Positions 36,861-51,999 of a stretch of DNA of 64,000 nt are shown piece after piece. Both the position numbers and the translations under genes were made by a program. Source of the DNA: the human T2T-CHM13v2.0 reference genome, Homo sapiens. Within the stretch, counting starts at the first letter, position 1, and each line of letters opens with the position of its first letter. Under the pieces are notes generated by a model. The model saw only the letters and a program-made list of their open reading frames with translations, made no database searches and was not told where the DNA came from. Location of the stretch: assembly GCF_009914755.1 (NCBI RefSeq), contig NC_060926.1. One strand, given 5' to 3'.

Positions 36861-37932
36861 TGAGTCAAGCTGGCCTCCTCCTGAGACAGCAGGGCTGCAA
36901 CCTTTTCCTGAATAAGAGGAACTTCTGTGAGCAGCTTGGTGCCTGTGGAGAAGCACACTGAGGTGACCCCAGAGGTTTCTTTTTTCTCTGAGACTCAATT
37001 GCTTTGCTTTGAAGTTCCAAACCTCCTCCGAAGAGACTTTATTTAGAGCCTGTCTGAGCCTTTGCAGCCATCCTCAGCCTTTCTGGAGGAGATTATATAT
37101 TCCAAATGAAGTCAGTGAGAGTTTTTTTATGTTGGAGCCACAGCAAAAATTTGGGGTAATGTTCTCATTCTCTCACTGGGTTGCACACAAGTCACACTGT
37201 GTTTCTTGCTTATTTATCCAGGGAGAAAAACTCCTTGGACTTCCCTGTTATAGGAAGGGTAGGAGAAGGCACATAAGAACCTACCTGAGTACATTTTCAC
37301 ATTTGCTTGCTAATTGCTTGACAGTACTTCAAAAATGGACAAAGATTTACTGGGAACTAAAAGACAAGCTTTACCCTCCTTCAGTTAAATAACAGTGAAG
37401 ACCTATCACTGAAAACGTTCTCTGAGAATTGACTTATTTAATCATTGCCTAGTTGCACCATATGTATTTGTTGAATAACCTAATGAACAAACATGTTTTG
37501 CGTCCTTCTGTAAATCAAGCTTCAGTCTTCTAAAAATCAAGCTTCTATAAATCAAGCTACATGGCTACACTGCACATGTGACCCAACCTCTCCCATCCTC
37601 AGTTCTTTCTCCATAGAGCAGGAATAACATGAACTAATGTAGCAAACACAGTATCATGCAGAAATGGCTAACCAGTGATGCACCTAAAACTACAAACTGG
37701 GCAGGTCTTTGGAAATTTAGACGATAAATTTTTGATTTAAATATCATTGTATAGGGAGGGTCATGGCATCAATTTTCTGCTCAAACAGTTCATTTCTGTC
37801 TAAAAGAAAAATATGCCCCCTTTAGGCACAGAAGACAAAAGCAATTGATTGCAGCACAGCACATTCAAAGAAGAGATGAGGGGCTGAGGGACTTGGCAAA
37901 TGGGGAAACTTTATCCCCAAGGTAATAAATAG

Positions 37933-38423
37933 TGTGAATCCTGAAAAAGACAATTTTTAAGATGGTTCCAGAGTGGCTGAAAGCATAAATTCAAAAATAG
38001 AGCCAAGCAGCCATTTGCTGACTAGAGGTCACACAAGTACTCTCTGTTCCCAGAAAACCTACATGCTCACATAACTTTGGGACTTTATAGCTATCTGTTC
38101 TTGTTCGTGCTGCTTGTATCAATGACTGCTGGAAAATCCCATTTTGCCTCCTGGATCTAACAAATAGACTGTGTGACCAATCAGATTTCAGCAAGCTTAA
38201 CCAATCAAAACTAAACAAGTTTGCATTCCTCTTTTTCATAGCAGACCAGAGTAGAAAGCAGGGTGGGAACTTTCTCTATAAAAGACAACCTCTGTCTTTG
38301 TTTTCTGGGAGTGCATCTTTGTTTCATACCAAAGGCTATACCTTCCTGGTTTGCAAACTGTTTCCTGGCATGATCTCTTTCCTTTTTATTAAAAGAAAAT
38401 CATTCTCAGTGAATTCGTTAACA
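37933..38423 (+). mobile_element. Solo ERV LTR (family uncertain)
   Basis: TG...CA ends with atag/acag flanks; U3 layout with two CCAAT boxes, a GC/GT box and TATAAAAG, then attaaa. Confidence 0.65.
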
Positions 38424-38477
38424 ACAGTTAGAGACAAACATTTATAATTATTTTTGAAAAGAACAAAAATAACATGG

Positions 38478-38763
38478 AGCCAGGCACAGTGGATTACATC
38501 TATAATCCCAGCACTTTGCGAGGCCAAGGCCAGGAGTTTGAGACCAGCTTGGGCAACATAGCAGCCCCCATCTCTACAAAAAGAAATTAAAAATTAATCA
38601 GCCATGGTGGCAGGTGCCTTTAGTCACAGCTACTCAGGAGGCTAAGGCAGGAGGATCCTTTGAGCCAGAGGCTGCAGTGAGCTATGATTGCACCACCATA
38701 TGCTAGTCTGGGTGACTGAGTGAGGCCTTGCCTTTAAAAAATAAAATTAAATTAAAAAAAAAA
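38478..38763 (+). mobile_element. AluJ-type with small internal deletions
   Basis: gggcaacatagc, ggaggatcctttgagcc J diagnostics; TSD aacatgga. Confidence 0.9.
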
Positions 38764-38774
38764 CATGGATAGCT

Positions 38775-39020
38775 GCTTGCATATTTTGACAGTTTTCTAT
38801 ATGGCGCCATGCTAAATTCTTCTCCTAAAATGACCTCATTTTTCATACTCACAACAACATTTAAAGTGATTATTATTTATTTCCCCATTTTGTGGATGAG
38901 AAAACTGAAGCTAAGAGAGGTTGAATACTTGTTCAATGTTGCACAGCTAGTATGCTAGTAAGAGTCAAGTTGCTGCTCAGCTGTCCAACTCTAGAGTCCA
39001 ATGCTCAACCATAGTCTGCA
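38775..39020 (-). mobile_element. MIR
   Basis: ccccattttgtggatgagaaaactgaagctaagagaggtt. Confidence 0.8.
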
Positions 39021-39082
39021 CTGTGAAACTTTATGTCATTGGAGTAAGTAAAGTAAGCTAAAAAGATTAAATATTTTCTTCA

Positions 39083-39532
<450 letters not shown>

Positions 39533-40081
39533 TTAATGAGGAGCTGTTCGGAAATTGATAACCAGGTATAACCTTGTAATACAATTTGTGTATCTTTGTA
39601 GTATGTGACTGTGCAGCACGATCATTTTTTTAAAATAGATACATGAAACCAGATCTGACTGTAGAAGCTTAACAGTTTGAATATTTTGGAGGTGAGTGTA
39701 TGGACAGTAAAGAAAGGGAATGGGCCATTTCATAGCTTTACATTGCTAAAGACTTTTGGGGGAAGATGACTAAATTTCCTAAGTATTTGCAAGCAGGTTT
39801 ACCAGGCTACAAAGAAATGAAAAGAGGAAATGGTCCTCTGTTTTGCAGAGCACATTGATGAGTCATTTTGAGAGTTGGAACACTAGATAAGTCTACATTT
39901 AAAAAATAAAAAAGAGTGGAACTGAGCTGCAAGCCAGTTCTGAGCTGAAGAGCCTGACATGGCTGGATGCTGATGCTGATGCTGCTGAGGAAATCAGTAG
40001 TGGGAAGGAAGGGTTTTCAAGTGGTAAGATGCCAGAAAGACAGGCATCTTGCATATGACACATTAAGGATAGAATAAATGA

Positions 40082-40393
<312 letters not shown>

Positions 40394-40669
40394 AGCAACT
40401 TTTATTTTCATTCTATTTTAGTATTGTTTACAAGGAATTCTGGCTACTGTATTAATCCTGTAATTGAATTTATATATTCACTTTTGATGGTGCACCTAGT
40501 ATTTAATTTTACATTGTTCGCACAGCTACTAAATAAAACCCAATCACTGCCCCAAATATTTATTAAGGTCTGTTTTGTACATATAAATGCCTTTAAAAAA
40601 TTATAGAGCAGGGATTGCATTCCATTTCTGGGTGTGTAAGGGAAGAACAAACAACAGACAAGAGAGTTT

Positions 40670-41180
40670 AGTCCAAACTGGTCCAACCCACAGCTGTGGA
40701 CCGCATGTGGCCCAGGGCTGCTTTGAATGCAGCCCAATACAACTTCATAAAGTTTCTCAAAACATTATGAGATTTACGCATGGACCTTTCTTTTAGCTCA
40801 TCAGCTATCATCAGTGTTAGTCTGTTTATTATTATTATTATTATTATACTTTAAGTTCTGGGATACATGTGCAAAACGTGCAGGTTTGTTACATAGGTAT
40901 ACATGTGCCTTGGTGGTTTGCTGTATCCATCAACCCAACATCTACATTAGGTATTTCTTCTAATGCTATCCCTCCTCTAGCCCCCGACCCCCTGACAGGC
41001 CCCCATGTGTGATGTTCCCCTCCCTGTGTCCATGTGTTCTCATTGTTCAACTCCCACTTATGAGTGAGAACATGCGGTGTTTGGTTTTCTGTTCCTGTGT
41101 TAGTCTGCTTTATGTTATGCCCAAGACAGTACTTCTTCTTCCAATGTAGCCCACGGAAGCCAAAAGATTGGATATTACTG
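40670..41180. mobile_element. MER30-like hAT relic split by an L1 3' end
   Basis: gcatgtggcccagggctgctttgaatgcagcccaatacaa...aaaacattatgagattt; resumes gcccaagacagtacttcttcttccaatgtagccc..gaagccaaaagattgga. Confidence 0.8.
40825..41096 (-). mobile_element. Severely 5'-truncated L1PA (PA7/8-like) 3' end
   Basis: (ATT)n tail, atactttaagttctgggatacatgtgc; TSD gtgttagtctg at 40814-40824 and 41097-41107. Confidence 0.92.
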
Positions 41181-41399
41181 CATCAGTGCAAGCAAAAACC
41201 TAGTCAATTTTATATTAATCTCAAAGGGCAAAGGATGGAAGCTTAGATATGCCCTCCATTCATTATAATTAAAATAACTAAATTATATGACAAAACTTTA
41301 TAAGCACCAAGCAATCCCTTTGTCATATTCTTAAAGGCCTAAGCAGAAGGAAACTTCTAGAAATTATTTTAGGCAGATATCTGGAAGGGAACTTACTTA

Positions 41400-41600
41400 G
41401 GACAGTGAATAAGAAAAGCATTTTGAAGTCAGACAGTTGAGGATTGGGAGCTGAGCTCTTCCGCTGGGTAGCCGTGTAACCTGGGGCATGTTATGGAGTT
41501 TCTCTAAATGTCAGTTCCTCATTGGGAAAATTAGATTAACAGTACTTCTCTTCCAAGGTGGTCGTGAGTTAAATGACACAGGAATGTGAATTGCTGATTT
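41400..41600 (+). mobile_element. MIR
   Basis: gccgtgtaacctggggcatgtta...tcagttcctcattgggaaaat. Confidence 0.7.
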
Positions 41601-41783
41601 TAGAAACAAATATATTAAAGGTACTCACCCTAGAGAAGGACAGGAGGGGAAAGTCTAAGAAAAAGATTTGGAAAAAACGGAACGGAACAGAATGTACCCC
41701 AAGCTAATTGGTGTGCCCAAGTAACCAACATCCAAAAGGGCTCAAAGGACCTTATGCATGAGTGTTTTGCCCATTCTAAAACA

Positions 41784-41954
<171 letters not shown>

Positions 41955-43180
41955 AAAAGACTGCTTTTTTAAACATTGCTCTTTTACCAACAATACTGAG
42001 CTAGACCATCAATTCTTTGAGCTCTAAAGTCATATCTGCTGTTTACCATGAAATATATAACCAGAGTTATTAACTGCCTAGGGAGTATGATTTTCAATTG
42101 AATAAAGCTAAAAAACAAATATCTTCAATGGACAGTGGTGGCTGATTTTAAAGTCTCTTCCTGAAACTCTAAAAGACCTGAATAGAAAACAATAACAACA
42201 ACAACAGCAACAGCAAAACATGTATAAGGCGTTTAGAACACCATCAGCCTTACAGAAAAGAAAAAAATATGACGATGGGTTTTGTGGAGGAATTGCCCTT
42301 CTTTGTAGAGGACAATGAATGAAAAGACTTTGGGCAGATCAGATAACCTGAGCCAAAGGGAGCGGAACAATACAGCAGTGTGAGGGTTCATTAATGAGCC
42401 TGTGGTCTCATTGGCACAGCATCACACATCATAGGGGATATCATGGGTCATGAAATACAGGCACTTGCAGTTCCCACTGGGGTTGCATTTTTCTTGAATT
42501 ATTTACCACCAGAATTTCCTTACAGTGGGAAAAGACCAGTAGTGTGTGTTTTGTATGGGGGTAGGGGTCCTTGAATTGTAATTAATCTGTCTCTAGGAGA
42601 TCAATGTATCTGACAGAGCCAGGGTCCATAAATTAGTACAATCAGTGTCTTTATGGCATCATGCAAGTTTCATGGCATGAGAAACCACATTTCCAGAAAG
42701 AGCAGTGAGTGGAAAACACTTTGGAATACATTGCCTCTGATTCCTGTAAGGTGACATTTTCTTCAGGCTACATTAGGTCTAATCATTAGGGTGAATACTA
42801 CCCATTGGGAAAATGCATGTCAGAATCTTAAAGTAGGCAGAAATGTGATGGTTTTTCAACAAAAAGTATGTTCTGTCTCCAAAAACCATACATAGAGAGA
42901 ACAGTTACGTAAGAAATAATTACAATTTGACTGTATAAGCTCAGTACAATGAGACCTTTCCTAAGGTTCTCTGTCACCTTTGGGATGAGGCCAAACCTCT
43001 CAGCAAATGAGGAATGCAGGCCCCTCAGTAAGCTGCCTTCTGCCTCCTTTTCTAGCTCAACACTCAGGTTCCCGATTTAGATCTTATGCCCTGGGTTGTG
43101 CTGAACTATTTGTATTTCCCAAAACATACCATGTTTTACATTTGGCGCTGCTTCTCTTCCTGTCTTCTCTGCCGGGAATT

Positions 43181-43346
43181 TTTTTTTTTTTTTTTTTTTT
43201 TTTGAGATGGAGTCTTGCTCTGTCATCCAGGCTGGAGTGCAGTGGCGTGATCTCGGCTCTTTGCAAGCTCCGCTTCCCGGGTTCACACCATTCTCCTGCC
43301 TCAGCCTCCTGAGTAGCTGGGATTACAGGTACATGCCACCACCCCC
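43181..43346 (-). mobile_element. 5'-truncated AluY-like right arm inside an L2 (about 42950-43630)
   Basis: gcaagctccgc..ccattctcc Y diagnostics; perfect TSD ctgccgggaatt at 43169-43180 and 43347-43358. Confidence 0.93.
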
Positions 43347-44135
43347 CTGCCGGGAATTCTTTCTTCTCTTTCTGTCTGGCAAAGCTCCATCCTTAATGAT
43401 TCAGTCAGAATATCACCTCCTCTGCACAGTTGCTTACTCCCTCCTATGTGCCACTAGTTTTCTCTTAACTTGCCGTTCTTTTAATCCCCCAGTTCTCAGC
43501 ACTGCCGCTGTGACTAGGCCATGAGCTCCTTTAAGGCAAAGATAATGTCCTGTTCCTCCCTTTTCTCCAAAGCCAGCCAGAGGGACAAGAACATAGCAGG
43601 TGCTCTGACAAAGTGATTTTGATGAAGACAGAGGATGCCATAAATCCCAGCAACTCTCAAAATAACACATATTGTATGAAACGGATATGAATTCCAGAGT
43701 AGAAGTAAAAACATAAGGATGATTTTGCCATAAGACAAAATGGCATAAGGCACCATAGAACGGTAATCTTGTCCTATAAGGTTTGAATGGGCCACTATAA
43801 TTGAGTCACGTGTAAGATATTATATGTAAAGCCAGTTATATGTTGATGAGTAACTTGTTCCTTCTACCTGAAATTTTCTTATTTTTCATGTCCAAATTTC
43901 ATCCTTAAGTGAAGGCCCAGTTCATTCACCAGCTCTCCGACAGGGTTTTCAATGTTAGCTTCAGGGGTACTTCATTCCATCTTTCTCTGAGTTTATATGG
44001 TGCTTTAATTACTTTTCTCTTGTGATATTTATAAGTCTCTCTCTCTTACATTGTGATCTATATATAATTTATTATGAAATTTATGTAAATTATTAAGGCT
44101 CATATCTCCCATGAAATTAGAATATACTTCAGGTC

Positions 44136-44675
44136 TGTTCTAGTTATCAATTGTTGTGTAACAAATAATCTAAAAATAGTTATTTAAAATACAACAACCA
44201 TTTATCTCTCATGATTTCTAGGGGTCAGAAATTTGAGAATCATCTAGTTGGGCAATTCTGGCTTGGAGTTTCTTCTGTAGTCATAGATGGTTCAGTCTTG
44301 GGCATATCTGCATAGATCTGCAGTCTTCTGCAGTCGGCAGATAGTGACTAGAGCCGGAACAGTGGAAGGCAGCTAAGGGCTGACTGGACATCTCTCTTCT
44401 CCATGTGTTTGCTCCGCGTGAGTTAGTTTGGGCTTCCGCACAAGATGGCAACCTCAAACTTCTCAAATGGCAGCTCAAGGCCCTCAAAGCAAGTATCCCA
44501 AGAAAACCAGAAGTTGCATTACCTTTTATGACCTGGCCTCAGAAGTCAGGGTTGCTGTACAGTCAAGTCAGTTACAAAAGCCTGACCAAGTTCAAGAGGA
44601 GAGGGCATAGACTTCATAAAAAGTTCTGGAAGAGCATGTGGGACAGGAAATATTTCTGCTATTGTTTTTGGAATA
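44136..44675 (-). mobile_element. MaLR LTR (MLT1F/G/H-like)
   Basis: tagttatcaattgttgtgtaacaaataatc; ggggtcagaaatttgag; ccttttatgacctggcctcagaagtca. Confidence 0.75.
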
Positions 44676-44836
44676 TGGATTTTGTCTTGCGTGTGTTTTT
44701 TATCTTTACTCCCAGCATTGGTTCTATGTGCTTGGCCTTGAGCTCAGTAAATATTTTTTGAATGGATAAATTAATGACTGCCGAGTTATAGTAACAACAT
44801 TGTCTGGTACTAATATTCGAACCACTATACTTCCCT

Positions 44837-45200
44837 TGATATGGTTTGACTGTGTCCCCACCCAGATTTCATCTTAATTGTAGCTCCCATAATTCCCACA
44901 TGTCGGGGGAAGGACCCTGGGTGGGGGGTAGTTGAAACATGGGGATGGGTCTTTCCCAGGCTGTTCTCATGATAGTGAGTAAGTCTCACAAGATCTGATG
45001 GTATTATAAAGGGGAGTTCTCCTATACACACTCTCTAGCCTACCTCCATGTAAGACATGACTTGGCTCTTCCTTTGCCTTCCACCATGATGGTAGGGTCT
45101 CCCCAGCCATGTGAAACTGTGAGTCAATTAAACCTCTTTCCTTTATAAACTACCAGCATTGGGTATGTCTTTATTAGCAGCATGAGAACAGACTAATACA
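44837..45200 (+). mobile_element. THE1B-like solo LTR (ERVL-MaLR), full length
   Basis: tgatatggtttgactgtgtccccaccca ... gagaacagactaataca; 5-bp TSD tccct/ttcct. Confidence 0.92.
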
Positions 45201-45532
45201 TTCCTTATCCAGTCCTCAGCTACCAGTCAGCTTTTTGTCCAAAAGAGGAATGAACAGAAGATACATTTTTTCTTGACACTAATTATTAGGAAGAATTGAA
45301 TACATACTATTACTCCTCCCAAACAAATTCAAAGTCAGGACAAGAAAATGTTACCTTTAATTATTCTTGTAATTATTTGAGTAGCCATTCAAAGTATCAG
45401 AATATTTTTCCTCTGACTTTTCAAAAAAAAGTATTTTAATTTATGGATCTAGTATCTATCCACTTGAGAGAAGTTTCTAGGCTTTTTAGCAATATTTTAT
45501 CTAATGTGAGAATTTTTATACCCTAAATATTA

Positions 45533-45620
45533 ACATATGTATGTATGTATGTATGTGTATATATTATGAAATACTAGCCATATGTGTAAATACATACATA
45601 CATATAGTGTATGTATGTAG
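45533..45620. repeat. (TATG)n / (CATA)n simple repeats
   Basis: Visible tracts in opposite orientations. Confidence 0.75.
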
Positions 45621-46334
45621 GATAATATATATTCATGGATAACACTGTTCATTTTTCTCTTTTAGCAAGGGTGGAGTTCATTGAGTTCAAGAATGTTCTT
45701 CATAGCTGTTCTGTGTTTGGAACATATCATCATGCTGTAGTGTGCCTGTGTGTTTGTATTTGTGCATAATTTGGGGCATAAAGAAATATTTTAAAACAAG
45801 ACATACCTATATGAGCAGAAAATCAGAAGTAGTAAGCTCTTGTGTTATTCGTTTACAATTTCTCTGTTCAAGACTAGTAGTTTGAGTCACTTATTACACT
45901 TTACTGTATGTTACACTAAAATTTTGTCTCTTTTTATAAATTACCAGTCTCTTGAGTCCAGGAATGATATTTGCAGCTTTACTGCAATCCAAGCAGATCC
46001 AACATGCCAACTAAGTGACCAGCTGACCTAAGGAGTATGAATGAAGGCATCGGTGGCAAAGCCCCACTCGGTGCCTGAAAGCACAAGATTCACACAATCC
46101 AGTTGTGGGTTTTTCATGGCTAAAACAGACAGTCTTAACTGACAGTTAACTTTAGGGGAGAAGCTATAAGCAAACACGGTATTATATTGTCTGAGTGTTT
46201 ATCTCTTATGATAGGTTTTTTTTTCCTGCAGTAGACGTCTTGAAAAAGGTATGTAAAATGTAGGCAGCAAATATTCAAAACTGCACAGCCTGTTCCACAA
46301 GATTCCAGTTCTAAGAGTAAGTAAAAGAGAGGCA

Positions 46335-46680
<346 letters not shown>

Positions 46681-48059
46681 TCATCTCCATCTCCTAGATT
46701 TCACTGTCTAGGATTTTCTCTCATTTTTGCTACACTGATGGGATTTGATTATACCAATTTGTTAAGCCTCAAATTCAGTTTCATTTCCTCCAATGTATCC
46801 TTCTTTTTTATGGGATGTGTTGTATAAATAAATGTTGTAGTATAAATAACAAAGTACCAGAATATGTGGGGTTAATTTCAATGAAGTAAATTACTAGTTT
46901 AGAGTTCTTGGTCTGAACACTTGGCCTCCCTCATAAAAAATCTGGTTAAGTATATTCCTCCCCTGGATGTGATCAAACAAGAGTGGTCAATGAGTTAGTC
47001 ATTCAACCACAGAAACTGTACCAGAATCTGCAGGAAGTAAACAAATATTACAAAGCTGATGACCTCAAAGAGATCTGAGTTTTATAGGAGAGAGACAGAG
47101 ATGATTAAACTGACAATAATACCATTACGTACTGGATACAGCAGGCTCTAAGAGTATAGAATGGACTGCTAGATATATTTAACAAAAATATTTATATTAA
47201 TTATAATTGACACCTGTCAGTAAGAATGTTTGGATATATGTGGAAAGTCTGAATACACTTGCCGTAGGTTAAATACCTGCAGTAAGAGAAATGCAAAGGT
47301 GTGTGAATAGCTCCTTCAACTCACATAGCAGGTTTGTATGCTCTACTCCCCCACACCATTCTTCCAGAGGTGGCGTGCTGTGGATTCTGAAGGGAGAAGT
47401 GGAGGGTTATCAGATGACTTGTTGTTTGGGCGATGGAGACAGTAATCACGTCCATGTCACTTTTGGAGAAAGTGAAAGAAGAGCGAACAATTTACCCTAT
47501 TTTAATGAAAGCAGATGGAGAGGTCATGGGAACTTGTTTAAGGCATTAGCGAACTGCCTCTTCAAATTAAGGACTTTTGAGAATTGAAAGAGTTCTGAGA
47601 AACCCTGATGGCTCACAAGATTGTGTGTTCTTACTCAGTGATCAGCCATCTAAGTCTCCTAAACATTAAACCACAGGAATATGCAAGGGCATGGTTTATT
47701 GCTTTAATGAAATGTAGGTAGGCAGATTCAAGGTAAGGTGGTGGAACAATCAGAGACAGTCAGAGTTTCCCATTGAGCTGCCCCCCATTTAATGGAATCA
47801 CAGGCTTTAATGAATCACAGAGCCATCTGGTAGAAATAAAGTAACAATGTCTGAGAAGATTTTTAAATGTGCACGCATTTGAATAATGTTTCCAAGTTTT
47901 GGGAGTCTGTATCTGGAAGTGCAAATATCCTTATATATTGGAATGATTAAGCATCTCCCCTAAAAGTGCAACTTAGTTTTAAAAGAAATTAATCCATCTA
48001 AAATCTCTTGAGGTTGTACCAATATAGACATTTTAATCACACAAGACACTATCAAACAA

Positions 48060-48183
48060 AGTAAGGTAAAAGAAAGAAGAAAAGGGAAAGGAAGGAAAGA
48101 GGAAGGAAGAGGAGAAGGAGGGAGGGTGGGAGCAAGGAAGGAAGGGAGGAAAATGGAAGAAAGGAAGAAATAAAGAAAGAAAA
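48060..48183. repeat. GA-rich polypurine tract
   Basis: About 120 nt of nearly pure purines. Confidence 0.85.
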
Positions 48184-49322
48184 CTATGCTTTTGTTTGGA
48201 CTAGAGAAGCCAGTATTCACCTAGTGAGGGAAATATATTTATCTTGTGGTCCTTTTTAGTAACGTAAAAAAATACAAGATATCTGAGATTTTTATACTAA
48301 ATAATTGAGTTTTACTTACATGTTTTATGTAAGGTTGGTGATTTGGGACTAACATGAAAAAGATGTTAGACCTGAAATAGCCATTGGCCATCATTGAGTT
48401 AAAATTTAGTTTGTTACTGTCGAGTAAAATGAGGTTGATAAAGGAAGCAATTCTCTTTTAGGCTATGCAGCAATGGCTTATATAAAAATATACCAGAACT
48501 CAGCAATAAAGAAACAAGTCAAGGTCTTATATTATCTAACTCAAATTACATAGCTTTTGGAACCTTGAATTTCCATATAGGTTAGGCATTTTCTATGTCA
48601 CACATCTAATAATACATACACTAATTTAAATTTAAAAACACATGGTGACTAACAAAGATAGAAAAGAGAAGAGAAATATATACTCAACTGGATTTCTTTA
48701 CTGAACACAGCAAACCAAAAATTGGTTTAAATTATTCATAAGCAAAAATAATCTTCTATATGAATGACATCAGAATTAAATTCTGGTCTAGTTCAAATGA
48801 TTATTATCCAATCTTACCATGTGGAAAAACATGTCCTTTAAAAAGAAAAATTTAGCATGAAATTGAGAGTTCTATAGAAAACAATCGTTAACCCTTAAAT
48901 CTAAAGGTTGAGATCAATAGCATGATTTTATAGTATTTTCACAGAAAAAAAAAATCCTCAATCTTAAAATAATTAAACTTATTGAATCAGTTAAAATTTC
49001 GCAGAGTTGAAGACTAATCAATAAAAGAAAATGGGTATTCTCAGTTCCTCACCAAGCTTCCTTGATAAGGATACAGAACCCCTGAAGGAGAAGGAGAACA
49101 TATTATACTTTACAAGGGTATGGGCCTCAGCAGCCGAGGCTTGGGTGGAAGGACGCAGAAACCAGAGGCAAGAGCAGCCCTCCATTGACAGGACAAAAGA
49201 AGAGTATGCATAGTACATGCAAACTTTAAGCACACATTCAGGGGATGTTCAAGGGTGATGTCAGGTAGAGCCTGGCAGACACAAGAACCTTAGTGCCAAG
49301 AGAGAATGGGCTCAAAGCTGTA

Positions 49323-49836
49323 AAGAAAAGAGGCTCCAGCTCTGTGAAGTTACCATATTCTTGGGAGAAAGAGCAAACAATAGAGTATGAAATAAAGCCA
49401 GACGAAGAATACAAGAACGTAGAGAAATGCAGGAAAGAATAAAGATATTAGAAGGGAAGCTAGGGGAAAAGAATAGTTTCCTCTGTCCCTCAGGTCCAGT
49501 GGTAGATGGGGATCTGGATCCAGTGTCTTGCGAGATGAAGTCTGCATGAACTCAGAAGGGTGTTTGGCTCCAGCCAAGCAGCACAGGGACCAGAGTAGAA
49601 CACTCATCTTAATCAGGATAAGGAAAGGCTTCCCTTGGGAAAAATAAAGTGGAGCTCAAGAATTATAGATATATTTCGAAGAAGAAAAGAGGCTCCAGCT
49701 CTGTGAAGTTACCAGATTCTTGAGAGAAAGAGAAAAAAGGGAAGAGAAGATAAAGAAAGTCCGAGAAGGAATACAAGAAAGTGGAGAAAGGCAGGTGTGA
49801 AAGAAGATATTAGAGGGGAAGATAGAGGAAAGGACA
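49323..49836. repeat. Dispersed direct repeat, about 150 bp x2, 359 bp apart
   Basis: aagaaaagaggctccagctctgtgaagttacca identical at 49323 and 49682, followed by diverged purine-rich homology. Confidence 0.85.
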
Positions 49837-50143
49837 AATCTCAGATATTCTAGAGTTAAGTGCTCCTGTCACCGCCACTAAAGGATTATGAGACTTCCTG
49901 GTTCTATAAGATTCACAGTTCCCACTCCATATGTGAGCCCGGTCCAGTGGAGATACCCAGAATTTGTCATGGGAGACAGAGTCCTTGCTCAGACACCTAC
50001 TATACAATATGGATACCATCAAATGAATCACCTTATCTCTTTATGCATCAATTTCCTCTTCTGCAAAACTAGAATAAAAATATTTTATCCACACAGGCTT
50101 ATTGTGAACACTAATACACAATGTGTGTGTATGTGTGCATATG

Positions 50144-50443
50144 TTTTTTTTTTTTCTTTTTGAGACTGAGTCCTGCTCCGTCACCCAGGCTGGAATGCAG
50201 TGGCACGATCTCTGCTCACTGCAAATTCTGCCTCCCAGGTTCACGAGATTCTGGTGCCTTAGCCCCCGAGTAGTTGGGATTACAGATGCCCCACCACCAC
50301 GCCCAGGTAATTTTTGTATTTTTAGTAGAGACAGGGTTTCACCATGTTGGCCAGGCTGTTCTCGAACTTCTGAGCTCAAGTGATCTGCCTGCCTCAACCT
50401 CCCGAAGTGTTGGGATTATAGGCGTGAGCCACCACACCTGGCC
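50144..50443 (-). mobile_element. Alu (AluS-type)
   Basis: Full dimer with poly-T. Confidence 0.95.
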
Positions 50444-51269
50444 CACAATACATTTTTAATTTAAAAATTTAAGATAAAATTTAGCACTTGCTGTGTGCTG
50501 GGGAATGTGTCAATAAATTTCCCTGAGTTAGTCCATTTAGCTCCCCTCTGCAGCCTTATGAAGTAAATGCTACTTCCTAAAATTTTAATGACTTATATGA
50601 AAGTATTCTGTATGCTATGAATTGCTATGCACATGGTCATTATTGTGCTACTTGTACATCTCACGATGGTCACTGATGTTTTCCTTCAGTGTACTTTCTA
50701 AAGCCTAGTTACTAGGAGGTGGTTGTGAATGGACAGCCAAGGAACTGGGGTGAATCCTTATGAATTTGGGCCTGGTACTGAGATTCAACACCAATGTAGG
50801 TATGAACTTCAATCTGTCCTCCCCCTAAAACTTTCTGCCCATAGAATACATGCAGACCTTCCTGTCAGGGGCATATCTAATATAAGAGTCACCTTATACA
50901 TCCCAGGAGCCAGGGCTGCTATAGAAGACATTCTCAGATCTTTGTTTTTCTTGGTTAAGTGGTAGAAAGAAAGTAGCCAATGGAAAATCATGGTAATATA
51001 CACACTTTCCAACTTCTAGCTGCTGTGCATTTAACATTCTGTGTTTTGTGTCTCCAAATATCAACTATTGTGGGATGTTTATAAAATATCAACAAGTAAA
51101 AAAGTAAAAAGGAGGATTACTTTTTTTTTCATGCTTGCTTATCTTTAGATGAACAGTTTAAAAATAACTGCTTCATTGATTTGACTTTTTTTTCCAAAGC
51201 AGCTTAGAGACAGAGTTATAACCAAGGGGACTTTTTTTTCCCCTCTTCTCTGAGCTGGTAGACCATAAA

Positions 51270-51425
51270 ATTTTAAATCTGTGAAGTTTAGTTGGAATCT
51301 GGCCCTTATTCTAGATAAATGGGAAACTGAGTAGGAAAGTGTCTTGCCCCAACATCAATTATCAACAGTCAGACTGGGACTGAGGATCTGAATTTCCAGT
51401 ATGCATGACACCAGACTACCCCTAC
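51270..51425 (-). mobile_element. MIR fragment
   Basis: ctagataaatgggaaactgag..gtcttgccccaacatca. Confidence 0.6.
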
Positions 51426-51444
51426 TATGAGCTCTTCTAGAGAA

Positions 51445-51948
<504 letters not shown>

Positions 51949-51999
51949 TAGAGCCATCCTTCCCCATGCTTACATGAAAATACTGAATTTTTTATTAAT

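Noticed and set aside
43802-43812. Overlapping AP-1/E-box tgagtcacgtg
   Set aside because: Single isolated motif with no supporting context
49350-49607. Hydrophobic, membrane-protein-like ORF (also 47960-48220)
   Set aside because: Phe/Leu richness follows from the polypyrimidine strand of GA-rich tracts; no other coding evidence
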